A DNA stretch of 64,000 nucleotides, taken from the NCBI GenBank assembly GCA_023485845.1, contig JAMCZE010000010.1, positions 89,448-153,447 of the forward strand, written 5' to 3'. The notes under the pieces are model-generated. The model did no database searches and was not told where the DNA came from. It saw only the letters and a program-made list of their open reading frames with translations. Of this stretch, positions 19,906-29,394 are shown piece after piece; positions within the stretch are counted from its first letter, which is position 1, and the number at the start of each line of letters is the position of its first letter. Source of the stretch: Patescibacteria group bacterium (GTDB taxonomy: Bacteria; Patescibacteriota; Microgenomatia; JAMCZE01). The position numbers were made by a program, and so were the translations under genes.

Positions 19906-21208
19906 GGTTATCTTTTATTGTAAACCCTTTTTCTTCGATTTGCTTCCTAATCTCATCCGCCTGGTCATACTTGCCCTGTGCCCGCAATTTCTCCCGTTTT
20001 GCCAATAGTTCCTTAATCTCCACCGGCGTTTCTTTGATCGCGTCAAGTTTTAATCCCAACACTTGATCCATTTTTAGCAGGCTTTCATAACTGTTGGTTT
20101 TCCAGGCCACCGCCAGGGCTTTCGGCAAATTTAAATCATCGTTGACCGCCGCCAAAAATTCCACTTCATCTGCAGGGGTTGAACTCCTGTTTGTGGCTTT
20201 AAGATGCTCCGCTCGCTCCCGCAGGCGGTTTAAGGCAGTTTGCGCCCCTTCCAGAGATTGCCAGGTGAAATTTAGCCCGGTGCGATAGTGGGAATTAAGA
20301 ATTAAATAACGGTGGGCCAGGGGGTCAAAACCCTTAGCGATCAAATCCTGCACCGTCACGTTATTGCCCAAACTCTTGCTCATTTTCTCGCCGTTTATCA
20401 CCAGCCACTCGTTATGAAGCCAAAAGTTGGCCGTCTGGTGGCCAAACGCGCCATAGGCTTGGGCGATTTCGTCGGTGTGGTGGACCGGGATATGCTCCTT
20501 ACCGCCGGTGTGAATGTCAAACGTTTCCCCCAGATATTTGACGGACATGGCCGTGCACTCGATGTGCCAGCCGGGAAAGCCGACGCCCCAAGGGCTGTCC
20601 CATTTCATCACGTGCTCCGGCTGGTTGGTCACCCAAAGGAGAAAGTCCCAGGGCTGTTTTTTCCCCGGATCCACCGCCACCCGCGCCCCGGCCTCCTGTT
20701 TTTTTAAATTTAACTTAGCAAATCGCGCATAATCGGGGAATTTTGCCGTGTCAAAAACCAAACCGGTGGCCGTTTTATAGGCAAATCCGTTCGCTTCAAT
20801 TTTTTTAATTAATTCGATTTGTTCGGGAATATGCTGCGTCGCCCGGCACAAAACATCCGGCTGTTGGACATTTAAAGCCTCCATGCTATCGATGAATTGG
20901 GAAATATATTTGTCGGCAATCTGCCAGACGGACAGACCTTCCCGCTTAGCGCCCTTTTCCATTTTGTCTTCACCGGCGTCTTCGTCGGAAGTCATGTGGC
21001 CAACGTCGGTGATGTTCATCACCCATTTAACCGCCACTTTCTCAAAACGCAGCGCCCGCACCAAACAATCCCAGTGGACATAGGCATACATGTGGCCCAG
21101 ATGCTGGTTCCAATAAACCGTCGGGCCGCAGGAATAGATCCCGACCTGGCCCTCTTTGATCGGTCGAAATTCCTCAATTTTCCGAGTTAAAGTATTAAAT
21201 AATTTCAC
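19892..21208 (-). CDS. cysS: Cysteine--tRNA ligase
   Basis: HIGH-type HLGH and KMSKS motifs, class I CysRS architecture. Confidence 0.9.
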   Translation of the reverse strand: MKLFNTLTRKIEEFRPIKEGQVGIYSCGPTVYWNQHLGHMYAYVHWDCLVRALRFEKVAVKWVMNITDVGHMTSDEDAGEDKMEKGAKREGLSVWQIADKYISQFIDSMEALNVQQPDVLCRATQHIPEQIELIKKIEANGFAYKTATGLVFDTAKFPDYARFAKLNLKKQEAGARVAVDPGKKQPWDFLLWVTNQPEHVMKWDSPWGVGFPGWHIECTAMSVKYLGETFDIHTGGKEHIPVHHTDEIAQAYGAFGHQTANFWLHNEWLVINGEKMSKSLGNNVTVQDLIAKGFDPLAHRYLILNSHYRTGLNFTWQSLEGAQTALNRLRERAEHLKATNRSSTPADEVEFLAAVNDDLNLPKALAVAWKTNSYESLLKMDQVLGLKLDAIKETPVEIKELLAKREKLRAQGKYDQADEIRKQIEEKGFTIKDNRVGK

Positions 21209-21632
21209 CTGAATGGATTATATATTTTTACTTCCTTGCTGGCCGAAAAGTGCTTATCTTCGCTAACTAAAAAATCCATCGTATGAGCCTGGGCGGTCGC
21301 CATTAAAAAAAGGTCCATCACGTGCAATTTGCTACTTTTAAGATATTTACTAAAAATATTAATCGTTTCCTGGTTCGGATAAATGACTGTCAGCTCAGAA
21401 ATAAGTTTCTCAATACCCACCGAGATAGAAGTGCCATCCACATGATAGGTGTTTTGTAGGACGGATGATAATTCTAAAATATTCTGCGAAGAAATAAAGC
21501 CAGACAGTTCACCATCAGAAATCCTTTCAAACAGAGGCCGCACCAAACTATGCTTTTGCGATTGTGCATTTAAATATGCTACTAAAATGTTAGTGTCCAA
21601 CAGGCACTTTGCGCCGGAGGTAGGAATCATAG
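21205..21632 (-). CDS. vapC: PIN-domain toxin (VapC-like). Start ambiguous (ATG at 21632 or TTG at about 21599).
   Basis: LLDTNILVAYL N-terminal PIN signature with later acidic residues. Overlaps the upstream small ORF. Confidence 0.7.
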
Positions 21633-21835
21633 AGCTCCTCTCTGGACGGGGGGTTCTTCCCGCCAAGATTGTATTTACCAGCAAGATCCATTAACTTACT
21701 TGCCTTGGGCCTAGTTCCACCCAATTTTTTCTGGACTATCCCAGAAAAGGACGTTCTTTGTTGAAACGCCTCAAGGCGCAAAGTTTCATACAGATCTTGC
21801 GGCATAGTGATGGTGGTGCGGACTAATGCGTTCAT
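21590..21835 (-). CDS. Putative antitoxin (VapB-like) of the PIN toxin
   Basis: 81-aa ORF immediately upstream of the PIN gene and overlapping it. Confidence 0.5.
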   Translation of the reverse strand: MNALVRTTITMPQDLYETLRLEAFQQRTSFSGIVQKKLGGTRPKASKLMDLAGKYNLGGKNPPSREELYDSYLRRKVPVGH

Positions 21836-21866
21836 ACTTGAATATTATCATACAATCATACTCTTG

Positions 21867-22265
21867 TCAACCACCAACTGCTCCTTTAAACTCCCCCGTG
21901 GATTTGGAGGACTTGAGCATTTTGGCGACAGCGTCATCGGCTGGTTTTTGAACCGGTGCCGGTTCCACTGTCTGGTTTGTCTGATTAGTCTGGTTCATCT
22001 GCGATGTCTTTAAGCGCTGGCGCGCTAGCTCTTCGCGGACTTTTTTGATGCGCATCTGTGCCAACTGGGCCACCTGCTGATTGAGTTTTGTCAGCACTGG
22101 CTTGCTGGGAACCGGCTTGCCTGTGACCAAGTCTTTCTTGTCATCCGGCGACGGTGGCGCTGGTTTGGCAGTCACCTGCTTTTTGACCACCCGCACCCCC
22201 TCTTCCAGTTTTTCCCCCAATTCGTCAGAGAATTTATTTTGCAAATTATTACTATCCATTACCAA
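21867..22265 (-). CDS. Hypothetical Lys/Gln/Pro-rich protein with NQTNQTNQT repeat
   Basis: ORF only. Low complexity. Confidence 0.3.
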   Translation of the reverse strand: MVMDSNNLQNKFSDELGEKLEEGVRVVKKQVTAKPAPPSPDDKKDLVTGKPVPSKPVLTKLNQQVAQLAQMRIKKVREELARQRLKTSQMNQTNQTNQTVEPAPVQKPADDAVAKMLKSSKSTGEFKGAVGG

Positions 22266-22373
22266 TTATTCTACTACAGCGATAACGGTTTGAGCGAGTA
22301 AAAAGCGCAGACGGGGCACCGCGAGCGCAGCGAAGTGGTCAAAGAGCGAGCATTTTTACCGCGAAAACCTCGA

Positions 22374-23336
22374 TCAGATAACCGCCGGCTCCAGAATTTC
22401 CAACCGCATTTTCTTTGTGTCCATCCCCGCCACCACCCCCACCGGCACGGTGGCTTGCGGGACTTCATGGCCGAAATCCACACCATAAATAATCGGGAAC
22501 CCGAACGGCTCGGTGGCTTCCAAAAGCAGCTCTTTTTTGGTCGGGAAATTTTGATAGTCAAGCTCTTTAACCGCTGTTAATTTGCCCACCAGCATCCCGG
22601 CCACCCGTTTGAGAAACCCGCTGTTGCGAATCTGCCAAAAGTTGCGCATGATCTCACTAAACTGATCATAACCCTCCTCCCAGAAGAAGATAAATTTCTG
22701 GTCTTTGCCAAAAACCCGGTCCAAGGCGGCAATCGGATCCCATGGTGTGCCCAAAAGTTTGCAGATACAGCTTAAATTGCCGCCGAACAAAACTCCCTGG
22801 GCTGCGCCATCGCGCATTGATTGCCACACCGACTGCGGCTCAATCACTTCTTCGCCAGAAGTGGTCGTCAGCATTTTCCAAAAGCAACTCACCGTGTAGC
22901 CGGTGATCTTTCGCGTCGGGAAGAAAGCCGCGTTGGGACTATGGAAAGTGACCATGGCGCATTTAACCAGCAGAGCCATCTGGATGGTGGTCGCGTCGGA
23001 ATAACCGGCGAAGATTTTGGGGTTTTTGCAAATCGCGTCGAAATCCAGCAATTCCAACTCCTGGGAGCCGACAAAACCGCCGACGGCGGAGAAAACGGCC
23101 TTCACATTGGGATCGGCAAAAGCGGCGTTGAGGTCATCCGCCCGCTGCCGAGCGGAACCGGCGCTGTAGTCCCCCACACTGGCCATGATGTTAGCGCCAA
23201 ACTTAATCTCGTGGTTAAATTTGCGAAAAAATGCTTCCATCCCTGCTTTTTCCGAAGCTAAAATCGGCTCCGACGGCGCCACCACGGCCACGACGTCCCC
23301 CTTCTCGAGCGCTTTTGGTTTAACAATCCCGGCCAT
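22374..23336 (-). CDS. LD-carboxypeptidase (peptidase S66, LdcA/MccF-like)
   Basis: VVAPSEP..., GYSDATTIQMAL nucleophile region, C-terminal catalytic-triad region. Confidence 0.75.
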   Translation of the reverse strand: MAGIVKPKALEKGDVVAVVAPSEPILASEKAGMEAFFRKFNHEIKFGANIMASVGDYSAGSARQRADDLNAAFADPNVKAVFSAVGGFVGSQELELLDFDAICKNPKIFAGYSDATTIQMALLVKCAMVTFHSPNAAFFPTRKITGYTVSCFWKMLTTTSGEEVIEPQSVWQSMRDGAAQGVLFGGNLSCICKLLGTPWDPIAALDRVFGKDQKFIFFWEEGYDQFSEIMRNFWQIRNSGFLKRVAGMLVGKLTAVKELDYQNFPTKKELLLEATEPFGFPIIYGVDFGHEVPQATVPVGVVAGMDTKKMRLEILEPAVI

Positions 23337-23345
23337 GAACCTATT

Positions 23346-23951
23346 TTACTCGTAATCCCGTCTTCCTTCCAGTGCCCGACTTAGGGTGGTTTCGTCGGCA
23401 TACTGGATATCTCCGCCGGTGGGCATACCCATCCCCAAACGTGTCACCTTTAGCTTGTAGCTTTTAGCTTGTAGCTTTTTAGCGATGAACATCGCGGTCG
23501 CTTCACCCTCCATCGTCGGATTCAACGCCAAGATGATCTCACTTACCTGCTCTCCTGCTATCCTGCTTACTAGACTTTCTATATACAATTCTTCCGGCCC
23601 GATGTTATGCAGGGGATCAATCACCCCATGAAGAACGTGGTAGAGGCCGTTATATTTGCCCACCTTTTCCAAGCTGAAAACGTCCAACGGCGTCTCCACC
23701 ACACAGATTATCCGCTGATTTCGCCGATCATCGACGCATATTTCGCAGACTTCAGTTTCGCAAAAGTTTTTGCAAACCGAGCACAGCTGAATGCCAGATT
23801 TGAGATTAAGCACCGCTTCCCCGAATTTTTTCACTTCCGGCTCCGGCATATGGAGAAGATAGAACGCCAGCCGGGCGGCGCTCTTTGGCCCCACTCCCGG
23901 GAGGCGTTCAAACGCCTCGGTTAGATCCTGGATTTGTTTGGGAAAGGTCAT
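23346..23951 (-). CDS. recR: Recombination protein RecR
   Basis: HhH N-terminus, C4 zinc finger CSVCKNFCETEVCEIC, Toprim domain. Confidence 0.9.
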   Translation of the reverse strand: MTFPKQIQDLTEAFERLPGVGPKSAARLAFYLLHMPEPEVKKFGEAVLNLKSGIQLCSVCKNFCETEVCEICVDDRRNQRIICVVETPLDVFSLEKVGKYNGLYHVLHGVIDPLHNIGPEELYIESLVSRIAGEQVSEIILALNPTMEGEATAMFIAKKLQAKSYKLKVTRLGMGMPTGGDIQYADETTLSRALEGRRDYE

Positions 23952-24241
23952 TGTGCCACCCCACCCATTCCGCCGGACAGCTGTTGAAGTTTGCCGGCCG
24001 CGACCATCTGCGATTTATAGAGCACTTCCCCCAGCGCCGCTTCCAGTTCATAGTCCCGGGTGCCGTCAACGGACACCTCCACCACTTTTTGGTCCCCGGT
24101 TAAAACAATTTTCAGTAACCCCTTAGCCGTTTGCTTGGTCACCTCCACTTGCTCGGCCGCCAGCTGCTGCTGGATTTTCTGTGCTGTTTGGCGCATCTGA
24201 TTAAGATCGCCAAGTTGTTTTAAGCCATCAAACATTCCCAT
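23948..24241 (-). CDS. ybaB: Nucleoid-associated protein YbaB/EbfC
   Basis: About 97 aa, MGMFDGLKQLGDLNQMRQTAQKIQQQL... as in YbaB. Lies between dnaX and recR. Confidence 0.85.
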   Translation of the reverse strand: MGMFDGLKQLGDLNQMRQTAQKIQQQLAAEQVEVTKQTAKGLLKIVLTGDQKVVEVSVDGTRDYELEAALGEVLYKSQMVAAGKLQQLSGGMGGVAQ

Positions 24242-25545
24242 TATTTCTCACCTCTTTCTTTTTGTCCCTGGACAAATTTCACTTTAATTGTCCGACCCAT
24301 TATATCAGAAATAGCCTTTTCCAAAATCTCCCGATTCTTGGCCTCCTCCAGCCGATCCTTGTGAAATTTATAAAACACTTCCAGGGTTAAAAACCCATCG
24401 GTCAGCTCTTTTGGCCGGCTGGCCCGAAGCAGGGCCACCAAACCATGATTGTGTTCCTTGGTTTTAACTAAAATTTCTTCCCAGGGAACGGGCGAAACGG
24501 ACGGATCGGGGCGTTTGGGCTTATCCGGAATACTGGAGGCAATTATAGAATCTTGTTTACCACACCATTCGATCACCACCATTTCTAATGGCAGTGACGG
24601 CACCGGACAATCACGCATCAAGCTATAAGCCCCGATCAATTTATTTATTAGATCGGTGGTGTTAACCATATCAACACTTCCGGATAATAATTTATTTCTA
24701 AGATTGCTAATTAGTTCACTAATAAGCTCTTTTATTTTTCCATCACCGGCAGCATAGTCACCAATTAATTTTAACGCCGCTTTTGAATCCTTGTTTTCCA
24801 GAGATTGCAGGAGCTTATCCGCCAAATCGGGACTAACCCGGTTAATCGCGTCCAGGTCCGCCATTTTAATGTTAGCACTCATCATGGACAACTGCTCAAA
24901 TAGTTTCTGCGCGTCCCGATGCGCCAAACCCACCATTTCCACGATCCGTTCCAGAACTCGGTCCTCCACGGTGATTTTTTCCTGTTTAGAGATTAGCTTT
25001 AGCTTGTCAATAACGTCTTGCCGGCTGGGAGTGAAATCATAAACCAAGCAGCGGGACGTCACCGTGGCCGGAAGTTTCTGGGGATCGGTCGTCGCCAAAA
25101 CAAAAACCACATGGACCGGTGGCTCCTCTAAAATTTTAAGCAGGGCGTTGAAAGCAGAGTTGGAGAGCATGTGAACTTCGTCGATGATGTAGACTTTATA
25201 ACGGCTGGAGCTGGGGGTCAGCTTGGCTTTCTCCCGCAGATCACGGATATCATCCACGCCGGTGTTGGATGCGGCGTCGATTTCAATCACATCCAACGAC
25301 GAACCAGCGGTGATTGCCCGGCAGGAGTCACATTTATTGCACGGCTCCTGCCCAATTTGGCGCTTCTCGCAATTAAGGATTTTGGCAATCAGCCGGGCCG
25401 TGGTGGTCTTGCCCGTGCCCTTTGGGCCAATTAGCAGATAGGCATGTGCCCACTTATTCTCCAATAGCGCCTTGCCCAGTGTTTCCCGGACCCGTTTGTT
25501 GTCCAACTCACCAATGGTTTGCGGCCTATATTTAAGAAAGAACAT
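24241..25545 (-). CDS. dnaX: DNA polymerase III subunit gamma/tau
   Basis: AAA+ clamp loader. GPKGTGKTT Walker A, CxxC zinc module (CEKRQIGQEPCNKCDSC), SRC motif. Confidence 0.9.
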   Translation of the reverse strand: MFFLKYRPQTIGELDNKRVRETLGKALLENKWAHAYLLIGPKGTGKTTTARLIAKILNCEKRQIGQEPCNKCDSCRAITAGSSLDVIEIDAASNTGVDDIRDLREKAKLTPSSSRYKVYIIDEVHMLSNSAFNALLKILEEPPVHVVFVLATTDPQKLPATVTSRCLVYDFTPSRQDVIDKLKLISKQEKITVEDRVLERIVEMVGLAHRDAQKLFEQLSMMSANIKMADLDAINRVSPDLADKLLQSLENKDSKAALKLIGDYAAGDGKIKELISELISNLRNKLLSGSVDMVNTTDLINKLIGAYSLMRDCPVPSLPLEMVVIEWCGKQDSIIASSIPDKPKRPDPSVSPVPWEEILVKTKEHNHGLVALLRASRPKELTDGFLTLEVFYKFHKDRLEEAKNREILEKAISDIMGRTIKVKFVQGQKERGEK

Positions 25546-25898
25546 TATTCGTGGTGGATGCCAAGCAGATGTAACACGCCGTGGGAAACCAGCTCCCCGA
25601 TCTTGGTGTCCACCAAAACATTATCGTCGTTTGCCTCCCGTTGCGCCAGGGGGTAACAAACAGCAATGTCTCCCAACACCGGGAAACCTTCCTGGGGAAA
25701 CGACAAAACGTTATGGGGAGTGTTGTCCCGCAGATATTTTTTGGCCAGTGCCTGGCTTTTGCGCCGGCCGCAGATTAAAACGGAAACTTCCACTTCCGAA
25801 GTCACCCGCCGCTCCCGCAGCGTTGCTTCCACCGCCGCCTTAATTTTGGCTTTGTTCACCGGAAACTTTGAGTCCGCAGAAATCAGAACATGTGCCAT
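25545..25898 (-). CDS. ybeY: Endoribonuclease YbeY (rRNA maturation factor)
   Basis: HGVLHLLGIHHE zinc-binding motif. Confidence 0.75.
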   Translation of the reverse strand: MAHVLISADSKFPVNKAKIKAAVEATLRERRVTSEVEVSVLICGRRKSQALAKKYLRDNTPHNVLSFPQEGFPVLGDIAVCYPLAQREANDDNVLVDTKIGELVSHGVLHLLGIHHE

Positions 25899-25918
25899 AA
25901 GTGACTAGGTTCTAGGCT

Positions 25919-26365
25919 CTAGTCACTAGCCACTAGAACCTCTTTCGTTATTTGTGCAATTATTGCCCCGTCGGCTTTGCCGCGCAGCTCCCCCATGGCC
26001 AGTTTCATCAGGGTCGGAAAATCGGCAGTTTGGTTCTGGGTTTTTAGATCTTTGATCTTAGATCTTATATCTTCCTCGGACATTTGCGCCGGCAAATAGC
26101 TTTGAAGAATTGCCAGTTGAGCTGACTCCCGCTCCACCAAATCCGTCCGTTTGGCCTGGGTGAACATCTCAATTGACTCTTTATGAGTTTTCACCTGTTT
26201 GGCAACAACCGATAAAACATCGGCGTCGGTGGCCACATAATCCTTGCCTTTCTCTATTTGGAAGTTAAAAATTGCCCCCAAGAGAAAACGCAACGTATCG
26301 ACCCGCGTCTGATCCCTGTTCTTCTGTGCTTGTGCCAATTCTTGTTGAATCTGATCTAACAACAT
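25919..26365 (-). CDS. GatB/YqeY-domain protein
   Basis: Full-length similarity to YqeY-type proteins. Confidence 0.7.
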   Translation of the reverse strand: MLLDQIQQELAQAQKNRDQTRVDTLRFLLGAIFNFQIEKGKDYVATDADVLSVVAKQVKTHKESIEMFTQAKRTDLVERESAQLAILQSYLPAQMSEEDIRSKIKDLKTQNQTADFPTLMKLAMGELRGKADGAIIAQITKEVLVASD

Positions 26366-26462
26366 GACAGAAATTCAAAACTCAAAAATCAAAATGCAAA
26401 ATTGCAATTCAAAATTAAAAATTTAAGCTTGAATTTTTGACTTTTAAATTTTGATTTTTAAC
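26366..26462. repeat. Copy C of the AT-rich repeat (between rpsU stop and the YqeY-like gene start)
   Basis: CTCAAAAATCAAAATGCAAAATTGCAATTCAAAATTAAAAATTTAAGCTTGAATTTTTGACTTTTAAATTTTGATTTTTAACTT. Confidence 0.8.
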
Positions 26463-26645
26463 TTAGTACGTTCGTCGGTTCGGGTGCTTGCGCGCCATTG
26501 CTTTATTCTTCTTAATTGTCGCCGGCTTTTGGTAATATTCCCGCTTTTTGAGCTCCCCTAAAATATCCTCGTTCAAAACTTTCTTTTGAAAGGCGCGAAT
26601 AACCTGATCTGATGATTGCCCCGGTTGTGCTTTGACCATGACCAT
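26463..26645 (-). CDS. rpsU: 30S ribosomal protein S21
   Basis: 60 aa, basic. IRAFQKKVLNEDILGELKKREYYQKP and C-terminal ...KHPNRRTY. GGGAGGTG Shine-Dalgarno. Confidence 0.85.
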   Translation of the reverse strand: MVMVKAQPGQSSDQVIRAFQKKVLNEDILGELKKREYYQKPATIKKNKAMARKHPNRRTY

Positions 26646-26761
26646 TTTTCATAACACCTCCCTTAGAAGCTCTTTGCGGTTATGCTTCAGCAAAGAGCAT
26701 TAGAGCTTCTTAGGTCCGTCCGAAGTCCCGATGGACATCGGGACGAAGGCGGACCACATTT
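26646..26761 (-). promoter_or_regulatory. Structured rpsU leader: nested palindromes GGTCCG..TCCCGAT-GGAC-ATCGGGA..CGGACC and CCTAAGAAGCTC..GCTCTTTGC-loop-GCAAAGAGC..GAGCTTCTTAGG
   Basis: Seen directly. Lies between the HIT gene stop and the rpsU Shine-Dalgarno. Confidence 0.4.
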
Positions 26762-27127
26762 TCATACCTTTTCCGCAACATTTATTGGCGCCAGCAGATG
26801 AAAATGCAGGTGCGGCACTCCCATGGCCGCTCCCCCATTCACTTCCACCCGGTAACCTTGTTTTGCCAGCCCTATGTTGTTAATCAAGTCGGTAATTTTG
26901 TTTTTAATTGCCACCAGAACGTCTGCCGAAACCTGCGTAAAGTCCGCAACGTGCTCGGTGGGAATGACCAGAAAATGCGTTGGTTTAACTGGGTTTGCGT
27001 CCTTAAAAACTAAAATTTTGTCATCACGATATATTTCCGTGGCCGGAATTTCCCCCTTCACAATCTTGCAAAACACGCAATCTTCCATGTCAAGAAGGAT
27101 TTTAGTCCAGAAGGCTGGCAATATCAA
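26762..27127 (-). CDS. HIT-family (histidine triad) hydrolase
   Basis: CVFCKIVKGEIPA... and HLHFHLL histidine triad. Confidence 0.8.
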   Translation of the reverse strand: MILPAFWTKILLDMEDCVFCKIVKGEIPATEIYRDDKILVFKDANPVKPTHFLVIPTEHVADFTQVSADVLVAIKNKITDLINNIGLAKQGYRVEVNGGAAMGVPHLHFHLLAPINVAEKV

Positions 27128-28262
27128 TAAGCTTTATTGCTTCACTGTCCCGGCGCTTGGCTTCAATCTTGTCCCCCGTTTTGTCAGAAACAACTAGACG
27201 GATGGGGCAACCTAGCAAATCGGCGTCGGCGAATTTCTCTCCGGCCGAAACGTCCCGGTCATCAAAAAGAACATCATCACCGAGCTTTTTATAAACATCT
27301 TCCCCTTTTCCATTAAGTCCGACCAGATGATACTTAAACGGTGCCACCGACCCCGGCCAGATTATTCCTTTGTCATCATGGAAAATTTCCACAATCGCCC
27401 CCATCAGTCGGGTTTGACCAATTCCATAGCTGCCAAACCACACCGGCTTCTTTGTCCCATCCTTGTCGGTGAAATCAACGCCCATTTTTTCGCTGTAATA
27501 AGTCCCAAAAGAAAAAATGTTCCCCACTTCAATCGCCTGGACTTTTTTATAATCTTTTTCTTCCCCCGCAAAAATCTCTTTATTAATCCCGGTGCCCGTT
27601 TTGGGATCAACATAAATCACGTCCTCGCCGGACGAGGCAGCCACTTGGAACTCATGGGTGTGGTTGCCGGTGAAAACACCACCAGCCGCCTCCGTGACAA
27701 TGACATCTAACCCCACCCGCTTGAAAATCTTTAGATAAGCTTGCTTAACTTCCTCGTAATATTTCCAAAAATCCTCTTCGCTGGCATGAAGACTATAAAG
27801 ATCCTTCATTAAAAATTCCCGACCGCGCAAAATGCCGCCAGTGGCCCGGGCCTCATTGCGAAACTTGGTCGAGAAATGATAGATTTTAATCGGCAGATCT
27901 AAATAGGACTCGAGGTGCTTGCGGACTAAATCTAAAACCACTTCTTCATGTGTGAAGGCCAGACCAAAATTGTCCAATTGGTACATCACTTCGGCGGCAG
28001 ATTCCCAGCGGCCTGTTTCCTCCCAAACCTCTTTGGGGTGCAAGAGCGGCATGAGCATTTCCTGCGCCCCAGTGGCGTTCATTTCTTCCCGAATAATCTG
28101 CGTGATTTTGGCCACCACCCGCCAGCCAAGCGGCAAGAGCGTCCAGGAACCGGCCATTAACTGATCAATATAACCGCCCCGGACCAGTAGCTTGTGATTA
28201 GCCGCCACCGCGTCTTTAGGCGCGTCCCGTTTAGTTTTGGGAAAAAGTTGCGAATAGCGCAT
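27102..28262 (-). CDS. proS: Proline--tRNA ligase, compact form without editing insertion
   Basis: N-terminus MRYSQLFPKTKRDAPKDAVAANHKLLVRGGYI... aligns with ProRS. Class II motifs and C-terminal anticodon-binding domain. Only 386 aa. Confidence 0.85.
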   Translation of the reverse strand: MRYSQLFPKTKRDAPKDAVAANHKLLVRGGYIDQLMAGSWTLLPLGWRVVAKITQIIREEMNATGAQEMLMPLLHPKEVWEETGRWESAAEVMYQLDNFGLAFTHEEVVLDLVRKHLESYLDLPIKIYHFSTKFRNEARATGGILRGREFLMKDLYSLHASEEDFWKYYEEVKQAYLKIFKRVGLDVIVTEAAGGVFTGNHTHEFQVAASSGEDVIYVDPKTGTGINKEIFAGEEKDYKKVQAIEVGNIFSFGTYYSEKMGVDFTDKDGTKKPVWFGSYGIGQTRLMGAIVEIFHDDKGIIWPGSVAPFKYHLVGLNGKGEDVYKKLGDDVLFDDRDVSAGEKFADADLLGCPIRLVVSDKTGDKIEAKRRDSEAIKLIDIASLLD

Positions 28263-28266
28263 GGCC

Positions 28267-29394
28267 TTATCTTACCAAAAATTTCTTCACGTCGTTGAAG
28301 CTGATTAGAAAGATCAACCCCAACAGCAAGAACATCCCGATCTGGTTAATCAAATTTTCTTTTTTGGCGGATAGCTTTTTTCCGGAAACGGCTTCCACCA
28401 GGAGAAAAGCCAGTCGGCCGCCATCCAGCGCCGGAATTGGTAAAATGTTCATAAAGGCCAGGGACAAGGACAACAGGCCGACAAAATTAAGCATGGTGGT
28501 CACCGCCGCCGTGCCGCCTAGACCAATAATTGTTCCCACCGCCCCGGCAATGCCCACCGGGCCGGAAACGTTTTCGGACAGCGGCGCGATGTTTTTCTCT
28601 TGGACGGAGACACTGCCGAGATGAACAAGAACTTTAATATTGTAGGCCAGCATATCCCAAGAATAGGACAAACCGGAAAAGATCTTTTGCGTCGGGCTGG
28701 CAAAACTTAGTTCCACCGCTTCGTCAATCCCCACCCCCATTGGTCCCTGGCCAAACGGCGGGGAAATCCGCGGCGTGATTGTCACCACCCGCGAGGCGCC
28801 AAAATTTTCATCGGTCAATCTTAGCGCAACCGGTTTGCCCGCTTGCGTCTTGGTGTATTTTTGGAAATCAGTTAAACTACTGAAATTTTTCCCATCCGCC
28901 GCCAACAACACATCGCCGGGATTAATTTTTGCCGTTTGGGCCGGAGAATTAGGTTGGACATAAGTGATCACCACATATTGATGACTTGGACTGGCAAAAT
29001 TATAGTCCGCCAACCGGGGAACCAAAACTTTGAAGCCAGAGGAAATTAGGAAAGCATAAAAAAGCGCCACGGCCAAAACCAGATTCATTGTCACCCCCGC
29101 CACCACCACGGCAATTCGCGCCCAGACGTTCTTTTGGCTAAAAGAGTTTTTTGATTTTTCATCCGATTCCTCACCCAGTAGTCTCACAAAACCCCCAAAA
29201 AGAACCGGATATAGGGAAACTTTCATCCCACCCTTAAGGGTTTTTGACCAAAGCGGTTTAGTAAACGGCAATCCCAGGGCAAATTCCAGCACCCCAATCC
29301 CCGCCAACCTCCCCACCACAAAATGCCCAAACTCATGGACTAAAACCAAAACCGAGAGCACCAGGAGAAAAATTATGACCGTCAAAATCATCAC
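28267..29394 (-). CDS. rseP: RIP metalloprotease RseP (site-2 protease, M50)
   Basis: HEFGHFVVGR HExxH in a TM segment, PDZ domain, LDGG motif. Confidence 0.8.
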   Translation of the reverse strand: MMILTVIIFLLVLSVLVLVHEFGHFVVGRLAGIGVLEFALGLPFTKPLWSKTLKGGMKVSLYPVLFGGFVRLLGEESDEKSKNSFSQKNVWARIAVVVAGVTMNLVLAVALFYAFLISSGFKVLVPRLADYNFASPSHQYVVITYVQPNSPAQTAKINPGDVLLAADGKNFSSLTDFQKYTKTQAGKPVALRLTDENFGASRVVTITPRISPPFGQGPMGVGIDEAVELSFASPTQKIFSGLSYSWDMLAYNIKVLVHLGSVSVQEKNIAPLSENVSGPVGIAGAVGTIIGLGGTAAVTTMLNFVGLLSLSLAFMNILPIPALDGGRLAFLLVEAVSGKKLSAKKENLINQIGMFLLLGLIFLISFNDVKKFLVR

